A stretch of 64,000 nucleotides of DNA from Octopus bimaculoides (lineage: Eukaryota): contig NC_068988.1 in NCBI RefSeq assembly GCF_001194135.2, positions 21,778,713-21,842,712 of the forward strand. Direction: 5' to 3'. Positions 1-13,872 of the stretch are shown one piece after another; the stretch's first letter is position 1, and each line of letters starts with the position of its first letter. The position numbers and the translations under genes were made by a program. The notes below the pieces were generated by a model that ran no database searches, was not told the DNA's origin, and saw only the letters and a list, made by a program, of their open reading frames with translations.

Positions 1-97
<97 letters not shown>

Positions 98-310
98 GCT
101 ATATGTATATGTGTGTGTGTATATCTATGTATATACATATCTATCTACATTTATATCTATGTATATATACATATATATATACACACACGAATATATATGC
201 ATATATATATATAGTCTGTATCTCTACATGTGTGTGAGTGTGCGCGTGTATATATGTACATATACATATGTACATACATACATATATATACACATATATA
301 CCTATATGTA
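1..310. repeat. Compound (TA)n/(TG)n microsatellite and low-complexity tract
   Basis: Direct dinucleotide runs; ORFs here are YI/CV repeats. Confidence 0.95.
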
Positions 311-315
311 GTTTA

Positions 316-505
316 CAAGGACAGACAAAGGGATTAAGTCGATTACATCGATGCCAGTGCGTAACTGGTACCTAATTTATTGACCCGAAAGGATGAAACG
401 CAAAGTCGACCTCGGCGGAATTTGAACTCAGAACGTAACGGCAGACGAAATACCGCTAAGCATTTGGCCCGGCGTGCTAACGTTTCTACCAGCTCGCCGC
501 CTTAA
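316..505 (-). mobile_element. tRNA-derived SINE family A, partial
   Basis: Reverse complement reads AAGGCGGCGAGCTGGTAGAAACGTTAGCACGCC...GAGTTCAAATTCCGCCGAGGTCGACTTTGCG..., with A-box- and B-box-like motifs; matches about 10 other copies in the window. Confidence 0.9.
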
Positions 506-799
506 CCATTTAAAATATTAATAACAATAGACACGGAGTTTGTTTGGCGTACTGAATTCAACTCCTCCCATGGGTATACTTTGAATAGGAATGGGCGTAG
601 ACCAGTTTGATGAACAAGTAACCCTAACTCAATAACAATATGCTGCGGAAATCGGTCTTTTGTCCTTTGTCTGGGACCTTAATATATGAAACGGAAGATT
701 GATTGAAGTTGTCTGCCTTAATGAACTTGCGGCATATTTACTAGTCATATGCGATTGATTTTCTTGCATGCATGTACACATCCATCCATCCATCCATCC

Positions 800-844
<45 letters not shown>

Positions 845-1429
845 ACTATCTATCCCAAATATTGCTGGCCAAGTGCCAAAATTTGAAACCAATATAGGGC
901 AACTATGCACGAAGGAAAGTTAGATGAGAATTATGAAAAAAAAAAAACAAGGAAATTTTGAATGACTTTATCATCTGCCTTATTATTGTCGTCTGGTCTG
1001 TCATTGTTGTCTGCACTGTCATTGTCTATCGTTTTAGTTGTCGTTATGATGGCGAAGTAATCAGTAAAATGCTACTAATATACCTCACACATATAAGTCT
1101 GAGGAAAATATATTGATGTTGATATATAAAATTATTTTGGTGCATATTAAATTCGATAAAATATCTAAAAGTTTCACACAGATCTAACTTATAATGTTTT
1201 AAGTAATTTTTGGGGAGCATTAATCTAGTAATCTATTCTCCTTGATTTTGATTGAGACATCGAGGAAAACATGAATAAATTTATGAAGAAATATTTGCTT
1301 AATTCCTTTCCAACTTCTTTCAATTTTTTTTCAACAATGATAATATCTTTTTTAAAAATATCCTGGAATTATCCATTGATTTTTGACAAAATGAACATGT
1401 TGCTTGATTCTTGAAACAAAAAATTTGTA

Positions 1430-1635
1430 ATAAAAAAATAAAGCTTCTAAGTGGTCGTTTGAGCTATTTGAAATAGCAGTTAAATTTCCTTCATATCATA
1501 TTTTTACCACCATAAAAAAAAGTGTATAGTAAATTCTAGATGCTTTGCCTATAAAACAAAAACAAAGAGATCAGGTATAGAAAGCCTTGAATCAAAGGTT
1601 TCATTGACCATGGTTGTCCTGGGGCTAAACAAAAT
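1430..1635 (+). mobile_element. Old interspersed repeat (family E), decayed; related copies near 21110-21290 and 52005-52175
   Basis: Shared TAGAAATAG...GATGGGATGGTCA...TTTGATCA-like blocks seen by eye in three places. Confidence 0.35.
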
Positions 1636-1899
1636 GTACAACGTTTAAATATTACAGCCTTTAGCTTGATACATCGCTGATATGAGAACAAAATTGAAAA
1701 GTGTAAGAAAATTCAAATTTCGGAGAGATAAAATGCAACATAGTCACAGTTTAGTGAAAAGAAAAATTAAACGGAATGTTAACTTAATGAAGCATTTTTA
1801 GTTTAAAAAAATTGTTTTGAGGATCAAAGGAAAGAATATAATATCTTGAACAAAAATTTAATATTACTGATGAAAAATATCAGTTATTATTATGATATA

Positions 1900-2235
1900 A
1901 AAAAAGAAACTGTTCTAAATTATTTATGTTCGGTAAAATATTAAAAATTCTTAACGATTCGGAAATAATTTCAAAAAGAAAAGAAAACATGGTTTTCGCT
2001 TCTACAACTTCGTTTCATCATTTTTTATCCACTTGTACGGTAGCATTGGAAATACTCTTCATGGTGATTCATCTCCATATATCTTACTCATCGTGCCAAG
2101 CGCTGTGCATTCCGATTATCTTCCCAGCATGGCGTCAGCTAAAATATTTTCTTTTATTTCTATGGATATAGACATAGAAGAATTATGTAATATGAAAAAT
2201 ATATATACAAATATATTGGATTTAATTGTATAAAC
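1900..2235 (+). pseudogene. Possible decayed hAT transposase C-terminus
   Basis: Translations TVALEILF and DYLPSMASAKIFSFISMDIDIEEL loosely resemble the hAT dimerisation domain (IALRILLT...YLRSTM..RLS.L..LSIE.DI). Weak match. Confidence 0.3.
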
Positions 2236-2665
2236 ATGTTTTGACTCACAAGAGAGAGAAAAAAAGGCGTTTATTTTTCAGGAAATTTTTTCTTGGTTCT
2301 CTCCCTTTCCTGTCAGGAAAACCATTTTTATTGCAAACAGTGCATACATACAAGGATACATAATACATACATGCATACTTACATTAATACATAAATACAA
2401 ACATACATACATACATAGATACATACATATATACATACATACATACATAGTCATTTATTCACACACACACACTCACACATGCACACGCATTAAACATCTT
2501 CAAACAGTCTGACTGCAAACTCTCTTCTTGTGAAAGTTTAATAAAATATAACTTCTGAAAAATAGAGTATAAATGATTCTCCAGTTTAATGTTANNNNNN
2601 NNNNNNNNNNNNNNNNNNNNNNNNNNNNNNNNNNNNNNNNNNNNNNNNNNNNNNNNNNNNNNNNA

Positions 2666-3226
2666 TGTTGCCCGCAGAATGTGCGCATGGATTCTCAGAA
2701 CTTTCTAATCTAGGGATCATGAAACCTTCATCCTTCTCGTCTCCAAATTCGCTAGGCCCTACCTCAAATACTGCCACCCATTGTGATCCCCCTACAAAAA
2801 AAAAAGAGACGTAATGAGGATCGAAGCGCCACAAAAATCAATCACAAAAAAATAAATAAATGGCATGATGGGTGTTGATTATTGGGCTCGACTTAAACAA
2901 CTGAAGCTCTATTCTCTGCAACCCCGCCGTGAGCGATACATTATTTGCACCCCGTTGAAAATATTCCAGCAATATTATCCAAATGATATTGGCATTATGT
3001 TTACAATTGACCCAAAACTAGGCCCCCGTGTAATGCGTCCCCTACAAAGGTCAAGATCACATCACATAAGAACATTGTGACACGATTTCTTCACTGCAAA
3101 TGGTCCAGCACTTTTCAATGTTATCTCAAAAGAAATTAAAATAGTAAAAGGTCCCCCAAATTTCAAACGGTACCTGGACAAATTCCTCCAGGAAATACCG
3201 GATAAACCACCTACACCTGGGTATAT
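2666..3226 (+). mobile_element. CR1-clade LINE ORF2 C-terminal fragment (frameshifted)
   Basis: Translates as ARPYLKYC.PL.SPYKK...GVDYWARLKQLKLYSLQPRRERYII...FKRYLDKFLQEIPDKPPTPGY, typical of the CR1 post-RT region. Confidence 0.85.
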
Positions 3227-3641
3227 ATANNNNNNNNNNNNNNNNNNNNNNNNNNNNNNNNNNNNNNNNNNNNNNNNNNNNNNNNNNNNNNNNNNNNNNN
3301 NNNNNNNNNNNNNNNNNNNNNNNNNNNNNNNNNNNNNNNNNNNNNNNNNNNNNNNNNNNNNNNNNNNNNNNNNNNNNNNNNNNNNNNNNNNNNNNNNNNN
3401 NNNNNNNNNNNNNNNNNNNNNNNNNNNNNNNNNNNNNNNNNNNNNNNNNNNNNNNNNNNNNNNNNNNNNNNNNNNNNNNNNNNNNNNNNNNNNNNNNNNN
3501 NNNNNNNNNNNNNNNNNNNNNNNNNNNNNNNNNNNNNNNNNNNNNNNNNNNNNNNNNNNNNNNNNNNNNNNNNNNNNNNNNNNNNNNNNNNNNNNNNNNN
3601 NNNNNNNNNNNNNNNNNNNNNNNNNGAGAGAGAGAGAGAGA

Positions 3642-4848
3642 GTGGGATGCGCCAGTTGTTATGGGACACCTTTTTCAAGAACTTCTTACATTTATTGTAA
3701 CATTTCTTTTAACCTTACTTTTCAGATAAATGATGTCCTTTATCACACCGACCCAGCAAATGAAATGGGGTGCAATAATCGTTGCCTTAAAAGCGCAGCA
3801 TAGTAATACTGAGATAGCTCACTGTCTGAAAGTTACTGTCAAAGTTCGAAGGGAGCAACGAGCTTGCTGACGGGACCTTACATCAGCAGCTAAACGTTAT
3901 GACCTTGTACAAAAAGGCTAAGAAATAATCGATAAAATTCCCGGAAAATCAATCAGAGCCGTTGCAAAGGGCTTTTCAAGGTTTCAGAATACGCCATGAG
4001 AAGAGATGTGCATGAGAACATCCGCTTCATGTCGTATGTGACGGGAGAAGGTTAGTTTATGCCGGTTGTGACAAGGGAAAATAATTCGACCCGTGCGAAT
4101 CGCTTGCAAAACAACTTTAAATACTAAGAGACTCTAATGCTTTGATTTTTCTCTAATGAGAAAAATTTCGATAATGACCAAAAGGTAAGTTGAACGAGCG
4201 ACAGATGGTTATGCAGAGACCCGAATGAAGTACCCACGGTCATGCGTACTAAGTTCCCAGCCACGATGATGGTTGTGGGAGTCTTCAGCAAGGCGGAAGA
4301 TGTCATGCCTCCTCTGGTTTTTTTTCATAGGGCTTAAGAGTCAATGGTGTTGCATACACAGAGATGTTGGTGAAAGTTGTGGTCCCCTGGATAGACAGAG
4401 TTCGTAACAGAAGACCGTACATCTCCCAACAAGACTCTGTGCCATCTCATATGGCTAGGACAACCGAAGCGTGGATGCGTGCCAATCTCCATGATCATGT
4501 TCTCCCAGAAACACTTTCACGAAGCTTACGAAACCAATCCAGAGCTATTATGTACGGGACGTAATCGAGAGAGAGGTTAACCAGCTTTCCAATAACGCCA
4601 TACAATCTTTCAAGTTCACTATGACCAGGACTATATCTAAAATTGAGAAAGACCATCTCATTGGGTCATTTAAAAGTTTCTGCTCCCATATTGAGACAAC
4701 CTTCATTTGTAATTTGTAACGGTGGATTCATTGAATAGGTGTGATAAACGGATTCTGAAGCTTGGTTGCTTCAATTTGTTTTCTTTGATGAGGTATGCCT
4801 CTTTTTCTAAATTCATACAAATAACCTTATAATACTGATGCATCCTAT
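3642..4848 (+). mobile_element. Fossil Tc1/mariner element, maT (DD37D)-like; transposase relic 3730-4738
   Basis: MMSFITPTQQMKWGAIIVALKAQHSNTEIA...; FFSNEKNFDNDQK...DRWLC.DP.EVP.VM.TKFPATMMVVGV; PWIDRV..RPYISQQDSVPSH; ends GGFIE*. Has stops and frameshifts. Degenerate TIR pair GGATGCGCCAGT / ACTGATGCATCC. Confidence 0.85.
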
Positions 4849-4853
4849 ATTAT

Positions 4854-4885
<32 letters not shown>

Positions 4886-5184
4886 NNNNNNNNNNNNNNN
4901 NNNNNNNNNNNNNNNNNNNNNNNNNNNNNNNNNNNNNNNNNNNNNNNNNNNNNNNNNNNNNNNNNNNNNNNNNNNNNNNNNNNNNNNNNNNNNNNNNNNA
5001 ATACACTTACTTGTTGTTCATACATTTGCCTTTGTCTTTTGTTTTTACATGAATTTCAACTACATGTGTGTGTGTGTGTGTGTGTACATACATCTGTCTA
5101 TCGACATGTACATATATATTCAGATGTGTGGACGTATATGAATGTATGTATGTATGTATGTATGTATGCATGTATGTATGTATG

Positions 5185-5215
<31 letters not shown>

Positions 5216-5544
5216 ACGTGATATGTGCATGTGTACATGTATACCTTTGATTTGAAATATAATTTGCTTCTCGGACTTCCGTTTAACTTTTTCTCAAAGT
5301 GACGACGATAAAGAGACGCTTTACAAGACACGTGACATTATTTTACTTTAAACATAATTACATAGATACATACACTACACTTTGATCTTAGAGAAAAGGC
5401 TAGGAAGAGATAATTACATAAATACAAAAGACACACTAAAGAGCAAGCGAAAGCGAACTTACTTTCAATGCAAGTGATAAGTGCAATGAAGTTTAAAAAA
5501 CAATTTCTCAGAATTTCTCAGAATTAGTTTCTCAGAATTTGCTG

Positions 5545-5653
5545 AATAAGGAGTGGGCCTAGAAAGAAGAAGTCCTGGGTTCCATTTATTCGGCTAAAGG
5601 CGGTGCCCCAGCGTGGCTGCAGTGAAATAACTGAAACAAGGAAAATAATAAAA

Positions 5654-5658
<5 letters not shown>
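5545..5658 (+). mobile_element. SINE family B, 3' fragment
   Basis: AAGGCGGTGCCCCAGCGTGGCTGCAGTGAAATAACTGAAACAAG matches the family B tail. Confidence 0.7.
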
Positions 5659-5696
<38 letters not shown>

Positions 5697-6278
5697 GAGG
5701 GAGAGACAGAGAGAGAGAGACAGAGAAAGAGAGAGAGGGTAGAATGAAATAAAAAGAGAGAGAAGTGAGTTATCTTACCTGTCTATGACGTTCAGGTATT
5801 TTAACACCCGGGGCTTTGAGAGCGCATTCTCCACCACGCCACACCGCGGCAAGCCGGCAAATGCAAGAAGCATATACCTTAAGTATATGTAGTTGATAAT
5901 GTTTATTACACTAGCGCTGCTTCTATTTCAAATTTGAATTTATTCTTACGTATCCATTCTTCTGTCATGCCCCCCACATGGTTTGTATTCTATATACATA
6001 TAAGTCGTGGACTGGTGAAATTATTCATTTGAAATTTTTTTCGTGTACGTGAGGTTGATAAGCTACAAAAATGACGAAACATCTGTATGAGTATCTGTGT
6101 GTGTGTGTATGTGAATTTGTGTGTCTGCGTGTGTGCGTGCGTGCGCGCGCGTCACCGCTTGGAAACCGGTGTTCATGTTACAGCCCCGTAATTAGCGGTT
6201 CGTCAAAAGTAAGCGATGAAACAATTACCAAACTTAAAAGGCTAAGACAAATAGTCAATTTTATATATATATATATAT

Positions 6279-6686
6279 AGGCGCAGGAGTGGCTGTGTGG
6301 TAAGTAGCTTGCTTACCAACCGCATGGTTCCGGGTTCATTCCCACTGCGTGGCACCTTTGGCATGTGCCTTCTACTATAGCCTCGGGCCGACCAAAGCCT
6401 TGTGAGTGGATTTGGTAGACGGAAACTGAAAGAAGCCCGTCGTATATATGTATATATATATGTGTGTGTGTGTGTATGTTTGTGTCTGTGTTTGTCCCCT
6501 AACATCGCTTGACAACCGATGCTGTTGTGTTTATGTCCCCGTAACTTAGTGGTTTGGAAAAAGAGATCGATAGAATAAGTACTAGGCTTCCAAAGAATAA
6601 GTCCTGGGGTCGATTTGCTCGACTGAAAGGCGGTGCTCCAGCATGGCCGCAGTCAAATGATTGAAACAAGTAAAAGAATAAAAGAG
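6279..6686 (+). mobile_element. SINE family B, near full length (tRNA-like head, body, internal TA/TG microsatellite, 3' part)
   Basis: GGCGCAGGAGTGGCTGTGTGGTAAG...GGTTCCGGGTTCATTCCC head; tail GCGGTGCTCCAGCATGGCCGCAGTCAAATGATTGAAACAAGTAAAAGA; several copies in the window. Confidence 0.9.
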
Positions 6687-6899
6687 TATATGTATATACG
6701 GGGTCGATTCGTTCGACGAAAATTCTTCAATAGGGTGCCACACTCTAATGACTGAAACAAGATACAATATAAAAGATGGAAAATAATTAAAATATATTAT
6801 GTTTTATAATGACGGAAATAAACAAAATATCGACAACAAGGCTTACAGAATATGATAACACATCAAAAGAGATCCACGTGAATTTATGAAAATTTAATT

Positions 6900-7480
6900 A
6901 ACTTGTGTGGTGTTATTAACATAGGTATCAAGTTGAAACAAGATTCTAGATAGAAAAGAATTATTTAATATATGGACTTTCTTAAAGATAAGAAAGAGAA
7001 ATCCTAAGATATTGTGTTAATATTACGTATTTTAAGTACACCAATGAATAAGGTCTTTTATAAATAATTAAATCAGATTGCCACATGACATTTCTCTCCC
7101 TGATTCTCATTGTTAACCAGTTTCCATACAGTCATTGGCTTTTCATTTGAGTGTCCATAATGAGTGCCCTATTTCCCCTTTTCTTCCTGCATTTCCCTGA
7201 AATCTAAGACATGTTTACATTCATACTTTTACCTTAATTACAAGTATTTTTCCCCTCCTATTTCCTTCCTAAGACGTTTGTAAGCAGCTAAAAGTTTATC
7301 CAGTATATTTGTTTATAATGTTCTAGATTTATTTGAATATAATTAATAATTATTGTCTTTACGCGGCGTTCAAGGAGATTTAGTCGTCAAGTTTACATCA
7401 CAGATATTGTTCGAGGTTGTTCATAAGGTCAGATTTGGAATGAAGTGTCTAGATTGCATTTAGATTAAGACTAATGAATA
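6900..7480 (-). mobile_element. Highly decayed LINE RT fragment (L1/Tx1-like?)
   Basis: Minus-strand translation ISGKCRKKRGNRALIMDTQMKSQ.LYGNW loosely resembles the L1/Tx1 LS..GRAL.IN.L..S.LWY block. Confidence 0.3.
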
Positions 7481-7646
7481 GGAGTGTTATCCTCGAAATA
7501 TGTGTATGTATTTATGTATGTTTGTATGTATGCATTTATGTATGTATACATGTATGTATCTATGAATGTATGTTTATGAATATATGTATGTATGCATGTA
7601 CGTGCGTGCGTATATTTGTATGTATGTAAGTGTGCGTATATGTATG

Positions 7647-7677
<31 letters not shown>

Positions 7678-8360
7678 NNNNNNNNNNNNNNNNNNNNNNN
7701 NNNNNNNNNNNNNNNNNNNNNNNNNNNNNNNNNNNNNNNNNNNNNNNNNNNNNNNNNNNNNNNNNNNNNNNNNNNNNNNNNNNNNNNNNNNNNNNNNNNN
7801 NNNNNNNNNNNNNNNNNNNNNNNNNNNNNNNNNNNNNNNNNNNNNNNNNNNNNNNNNNNNNNNNNNNNNNNNNNNNNNNNNNNNNNNNNNNNNNNNNNNN
7901 NNNNNNNNNNNNNNNNNNNNNNNNNNNNNNNNNNNNNNNNNNNNNNNNNNNNNNNNNNNNNNNNNNNNNNNNNNNNNNNNNNNNNNNNNNNNNNNNNNNN
8001 NNNNNNNNNNNNNNNNNNNNNNNNNNNNNNNNNNNNNNNNNNNNNNNNNNNNNNNNNNNNNNNNNNNNNNNNNNNNNNNNNNNNNNNNNNNNNNNNNNNN
8101 NNNNNNNNNNNNNNNNNNNNNNNNNNNNNNNNNNNNNNNNNNNNNNNNNNNNNNNNNNNNNNNNNNNNNNNNNNNNNNNNNNNNNNNNNNNNNNNNNNNN
8201 NNNNNNNNNNNNNNNNNNNNNNNNNNNNNNNNNNGAGGTTTCTTTTCCGGGTCGGATCTACGGTTGATTTCGTATTTGGTACATATGTGTATATGTATGT
8301 TTATTCGTGTATATTCATATGTCTGTGTACGTATGTGTGTGTGTGTGTGTGTGTGTGTGC

Positions 8361-8400
<40 letters not shown>

Positions 8401-8544
8401 TTATATTTACTTACAGTATACTACCAACAAATGACGACTAAAGGTTGTTTTAACTTAATATGAGCTTAATACTAAGTACCCAGTTATTCCTGCCGTCCTA
8501 CTTGTTGATAGCCATAGATTCTAACGAAAGCTGTGAAAACCTGT

Positions 8545-8920
8545 AACTATATATATATAATACACAATGGGACAAGAACGCAAAACATCAAGACAGTTAG
8601 GTGATACAAGAAAGGGAAAAGCATCCAGATAGACGATACAAAGAAAACAAGGACAGGTCATTCGGAGTTTTCTTTCCTCAGTCGAGATCCAGATTATCTT
8701 TGCAATTTCGGATGGTTATTCTCGGTATTGCTCCAATCTGGCCAGCCCCAAGGAAAAACTAAGCTAAGAGCATTAGGTTGCTTGGAAGAAAGCAGCGAAT
8801 GTATACAAAGTCAAGGACGGAAGAAATACGAACAATGTTACCCAGATACAATAAAAATAATAAAAATAATAACAGGGCATAACAACAAATGTCTTTCGAC
8901 TAAGGACGAATTGAATTAAG
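8545..8920 (-). mobile_element. Unclassified interspersed repeat abutting (TA)n, possibly a Penelope-like terminal fragment
   Basis: On the minus strand it ends in a pyrimidine-rich stretch followed by TATATA, like the 28105-28320 element. Classification is inference only. Confidence 0.3.
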
Positions 8921-9025
8921 TTGGCGTGTGAAAATAAAGCCTTATGGCAGGGATAGAAGATTTCACAGGCACAGGGAGGAATAACGATATTGCACGCACA
9001 ACGGCCGGCCAGTGTGTATGTGTGC

Positions 9026-9091
<66 letters not shown>

Positions 9092-10189
9092 GTGGGGGAG
9101 AGAGAGAAAGTGGGGGAGTGAGAGAAACACATACTAAACCTCACCGAATATATTCGGCAAAATATCTGCAAGGTCAACAAATATTATGTAGTCTACCCCC
9201 GAGTTAATGTGAGGCCATTTAATATGGTCATTTGACATGCCCCATACAATATAGAAATCTCCTGAAATTTCAGCATAAAAAAAAGAAAAAGTAAACGAAT
9301 CAAACTTCTCTCCCCTTCGCTAAAAAAAAAAAAAAGACCCGTTGAAAAAGAAAAAGAAAAAAAAAAAACCAGAAGCACTTTGGAAAATGTCGATATGTGA
9401 AAGATATTCCAAAGAATGAGCTAATAACGAGTTTGGACGACACTGAGTTTGGCCAAACGTCTGCTTGATCAGATGTAACCCGAGGCGAAATAACAATAAC
9501 AGTATCAATAATAATCTATTTAATCAACTCAAGATACGTGTCAATGCCTTGCAGGACGAATACTTCAAATATTTTAAGATCTGTAAATATTTTTGTATAT
9601 GGTCACCATCTTGTATTTGCAAAATCATCCAATTTATCACGACATGGTATCCTGTGAGAAGTACAACTAGCTTCAAAATTGCTAAACCTCTCAATTTATG
9701 CGGTGAAAAAGAACCATGAGGTTGGTTGCTTTCGCTGTTTTAAGTAGATAGTCGGAGTTAACATTCCGACTAAACAGATATGATATACACATAAAGTTTA
9801 AATTGTACGCTCTGTGTGTAAGTTTGTCTAAAAAACATAACAACGTCTACATTTGTATATATTTACTTACGTATATATGTATGTTTGTGTGTATGTATGC
9901 TTGTATGTTTATACACATGTATGTGTGCATACATGTATGTATGTGTCAATATATTATGTTTATACACACACAAACACACACACACACGCACACACACACA
10001 TATATATAATAGACTTGCATTTGCATATGTTTATATACATGCGGATGTATATGTATATATGCATATGTATATCTACCTATATCGATTTATCTATTTCTCT
10101 TTCTCCCATATGAGATGTGTATACATATGGCATACATATATACATATACATACACAAGCACACACGCGCATACATATATGCATGGGTGT

Positions 10190-10253
<64 letters not shown>

Positions 10254-11678
10254 TCACACGGACACACCTGTGTATACGTGTTTTTGTGTGCATATATATG
10301 CACAAATGTCTTCTTTAGTCAGTCTGAACTAACAATGCAAGATGAAAGGAAAAAGAAACAGAAAGTAAAAGTGAGAGAGAGAGAGAAAGATAAACTAAAA
10401 GAGACAGTTAAACAGAAGGTGAGAAAGAGTTATAGAAAAGGAGAAACAAAGTACGGGGAGAAGGTGGAGGAAGAAGAGGGTATGATGGGTAAGTTGCAAA
10501 TGGCCGCAGGCTAGAGTCAAACTGAAAGTAGGGGCAAGTTTGAAGATATTGATCAACGAGGTGGGCGAGGGACGGAATGGGAAGAGGGGAACGAATTCAA
10601 TGACAGAGAAATGTCTCTGAGCTAAATACTAAATGTATGTTTGGGTTTGATAAAATATTTGAATTCTCTTCAATGTTAAATGTTTAACTTGATGTGGATT
10701 TCATCTTTATTTCTAAAGTTAGCCTGGAGGTAGCAACTAGCATTTCCGTCTGCTATGTAATTGATTTTATTGTTCAAACATCAACAGTCTAGTCTTCGTT
10801 TTGGAAGTCTTCATTGCAAAATTTTACAGAGAGTTGCTTTAAATCTTTAGACACAGATGCAGAGACAGAAAAATTATTTATTCATTGATAGAGAAATGTT
10901 TACAACGTACACGAGAAGTGGACAAATTGTTTGATACGAGGAGACACATATGAAATAGTTTTACTGCTTAAGAACCGTAGTATATATGCTTAAAATTATA
11001 TTTATAAGAAAATATACAGCTTCTATAATGTTATGCACTGAAGGACAATAATCAGTCTCTGCTCGTTCAGATCTTTTATTCAGACTTCATTTTTAATACT
11101 TTAAAATCCGGTCGGCAGGATATTAAAGCTGTTTTAAGAAAAATGGTACTGAAACTTAATATTATTCAGAAATTCGCACTCAATAGCTTTCAGACCCTCA
11201 GTTGGGCCACATGTAGCATAGATGTTGTATATAAAAGAAATATATGAAAGCCACAGGTCAGTCATCGAGTGCTACAATGCAGCAGCAGAATTTTCCTTTT
11301 ATCAAAAGTCTAACGTTTTAAACTGGTGGTGTCATCTAGTGGCTAGTTAATATAAGGACGATAATCATTTCTACATAATATTTGGCAGGATTAGAAGTTT
11401 GACTTTATTATCAAAGAAAGGGAAGATGCAGAGAATATTTGCCTTTTTTGTTTTTGCGTACTGAGCACGAAAACCTTGAAATTAGTAGTTTTTGGTAATC
11501 ATGTAAAGTGCCATTTCATTCTTAGAAATCTTTTAAGACAATATTAGTCATTTTACGAACTAAGAAGCGATGAAGCGCATTTGATCATTTTGGATTAGAT
11601 GTATCTTCAGAAGGATAGTATGGTCAGAGCTGGAAAACTTATGATCGTTGTTCTGCTCCATTCTGACAGCTGCTGGCC

Positions 11679-11736
<58 letters not shown>

Positions 11737-11830
11737 CCTCTTTAAGTACATATATGCATGCATACATACATACATGTACACACACACTGACACACACACA
11801 CACACACACACACACTGACACACACACACA

Positions 11831-11868
<38 letters not shown>

Positions 11869-12477
11869 NNNNNNNNNNNNNNNNNNNNNNNNNNNNNNNN
11901 NNNNNNNNNNNNNNNNNNNNNNNNNNNNNNNNNNNNNNNNNNNNNNNNNNNNNNNNNNNNNNNNNNNNNNNNNNNNNNNNNNNNNNNNNNNNNNNNNNNN
12001 NNNNNNNNNNNNNNNNNNNNNNNNNNNNNNNNNNNNNNNNNNNNNNNNNNNNNNNNNNNNNNNNNNNNNNNNNNNNNNNNNNNNNNNNNNNNNNNNNNNN
12101 NNNNNNNNNNNNNNNNNNNNNNNNNNNNNNNNNNNNNNNNNNNNNNNNNNNNNNNNNNNNNNNNNNNNNNNNNNNNNNNNNNNNNNNNNNNNNNNNNNNN
12201 NNNNNNNNNNNNNNNNNNNNNNNNNNNNNNNNNNNNNNNNNNNNNNNNNNNNNNNNNNNNNNNNNNNNNNNNNNNNNNNNNNNNNNNNNNNNNNNNNNNN
12301 NNNNNNNNNNNNNNNNNNNNNNNNNNNNNNNNNNNNNNNNNNNNNNNNNNNNNNNNNNNNNNNNNNNNNNNNNNNNNNNNNNNNNNNNNNNNNNNNNNNN
12401 NNNNNNNNNNNNNNNNNNNNNNNNNNNNNNNNNNNNNNNNNNNNNNNNNNNNNNNNNNNNNNNNNNNNNNNNNNNNT

Positions 12478-12772
12478 ATCGGTCTCTCTTTGCCGAACCA
12501 CTAAGTTACGGGGACGTAAACACACCAACATTGGTTGTCAAGCGATGGTGGGGGGATAAACACAGACACACAAACAACACATGCATATATATATATATAT
12601 GCATATATACGACGGGCTTCTTTCAGTTTCCGTCTACCAAATCCACTCACAAGGCTTTGGTCAACCCGAGGCTATAGTAGAAGACACTTGCCCAAGGTGC
12701 CATGCAGTGGGACTGAACCCGGAACCATGTGGTTGGTAAGCAAGCTACTTACCACACAACCACTCCTGCGCC
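12478..12772 (-). mobile_element. SINE family B (3' part lost in gap)
   Basis: Reverse-complement match to 6279-6686. Confidence 0.9.
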
Positions 12773-13724
12773 AATATGTATATTGTATGCATAGATATGT
12801 GGGTATTTGTGACTCTGTGTATGTTTCTTGTGTCTGTCTGTTTGTATATATGTATGCACGCATGGATGCATGCATGTATATATGTATGTAGGCAAGTGAA
12901 TCGCTACAAATGTACTAAAATCAATTACCGGCAACAACATCGATGAAGAGCACAAATGAACGCAATACAGTTTACTTCAACGTAATTCCAAATGCCTTAA
13001 TATATACTGTCTTGCCTCTCACCAAATTCGTATCGATGAGTCATCTACGAAGTGTTGCCAATATTGTTGATGTTGTCACTGCTATTGGTGTTTTTGTTGT
13101 TGTTCTTTCTGTTTAGATCCCTCTCATCGCCATTTGAACAAACATAGGATCAAGTGTCACCCAATCGTGTCTTCTCGTTTCCATTTACAATTACATCATC
13201 TCATTTTCTAGGGTGATACTATACGATTTTAAGATTTGGATTATGTGTGCATAGGAGGTGGTGGACCAACGCGTCGCTCACATAAGTACTAGTACGTTTC
13301 TGATTGAGTTATATACGTTTTAACCCATAATTTGTAGCCTTGTGCTATCGTGTAAAATCGATATTATCATTAAAAGGATTAAAATAGTACTACGTAATCA
13401 TGTCAGAAAACATTGATTATTTAATTTATGTTATGAATAAACATTAAATTGTTTAGTGTTGTTTTCTTTTTGGTTCTTTTCTTTTTCATTATAAATCTGA
13501 ATACAATAAATGAATTGATTTGGAAAATGTTAAAAGGTCTTTTGAGAAAACTCGTGAATTTTTGCAGTGGGTTCGATTTTATTTGCTCTGGAAAGTACGT
13601 GTCTGTGCTTGTATGTATGTATGTATGTATGTATGTATGTATGTATGTATGTATGTATGTGTGTGTATGTATGTGTGTGTGCATGTGTGTGCGTGCGGTG
13701 GTGGTGGTGTGTGTGTGTAAATGT

Positions 13725-13765
<41 letters not shown>

Positions 13766-13872
13766 AGGATATGATGACAATGTCTTAAGATGACGGCCTT
13801 CGAGCTGTAAAAACTAGGAAAACTGAAAATGACTGCATGTGCACATATATGTCCCCCTTTGGGAGTTCTGTC

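Noticed and set aside
8655-8690. Minus-strand CTGAGGA...CCGAAT as a hammerhead
   Set aside because: Stem II is poor and GAAA is absent.
9465-9719. 84-aa plus-strand ORF and nearby minus-strand acceptor sites
   Set aside because: No convincing donor/acceptor pair around an open frame, and no recognisable motif.
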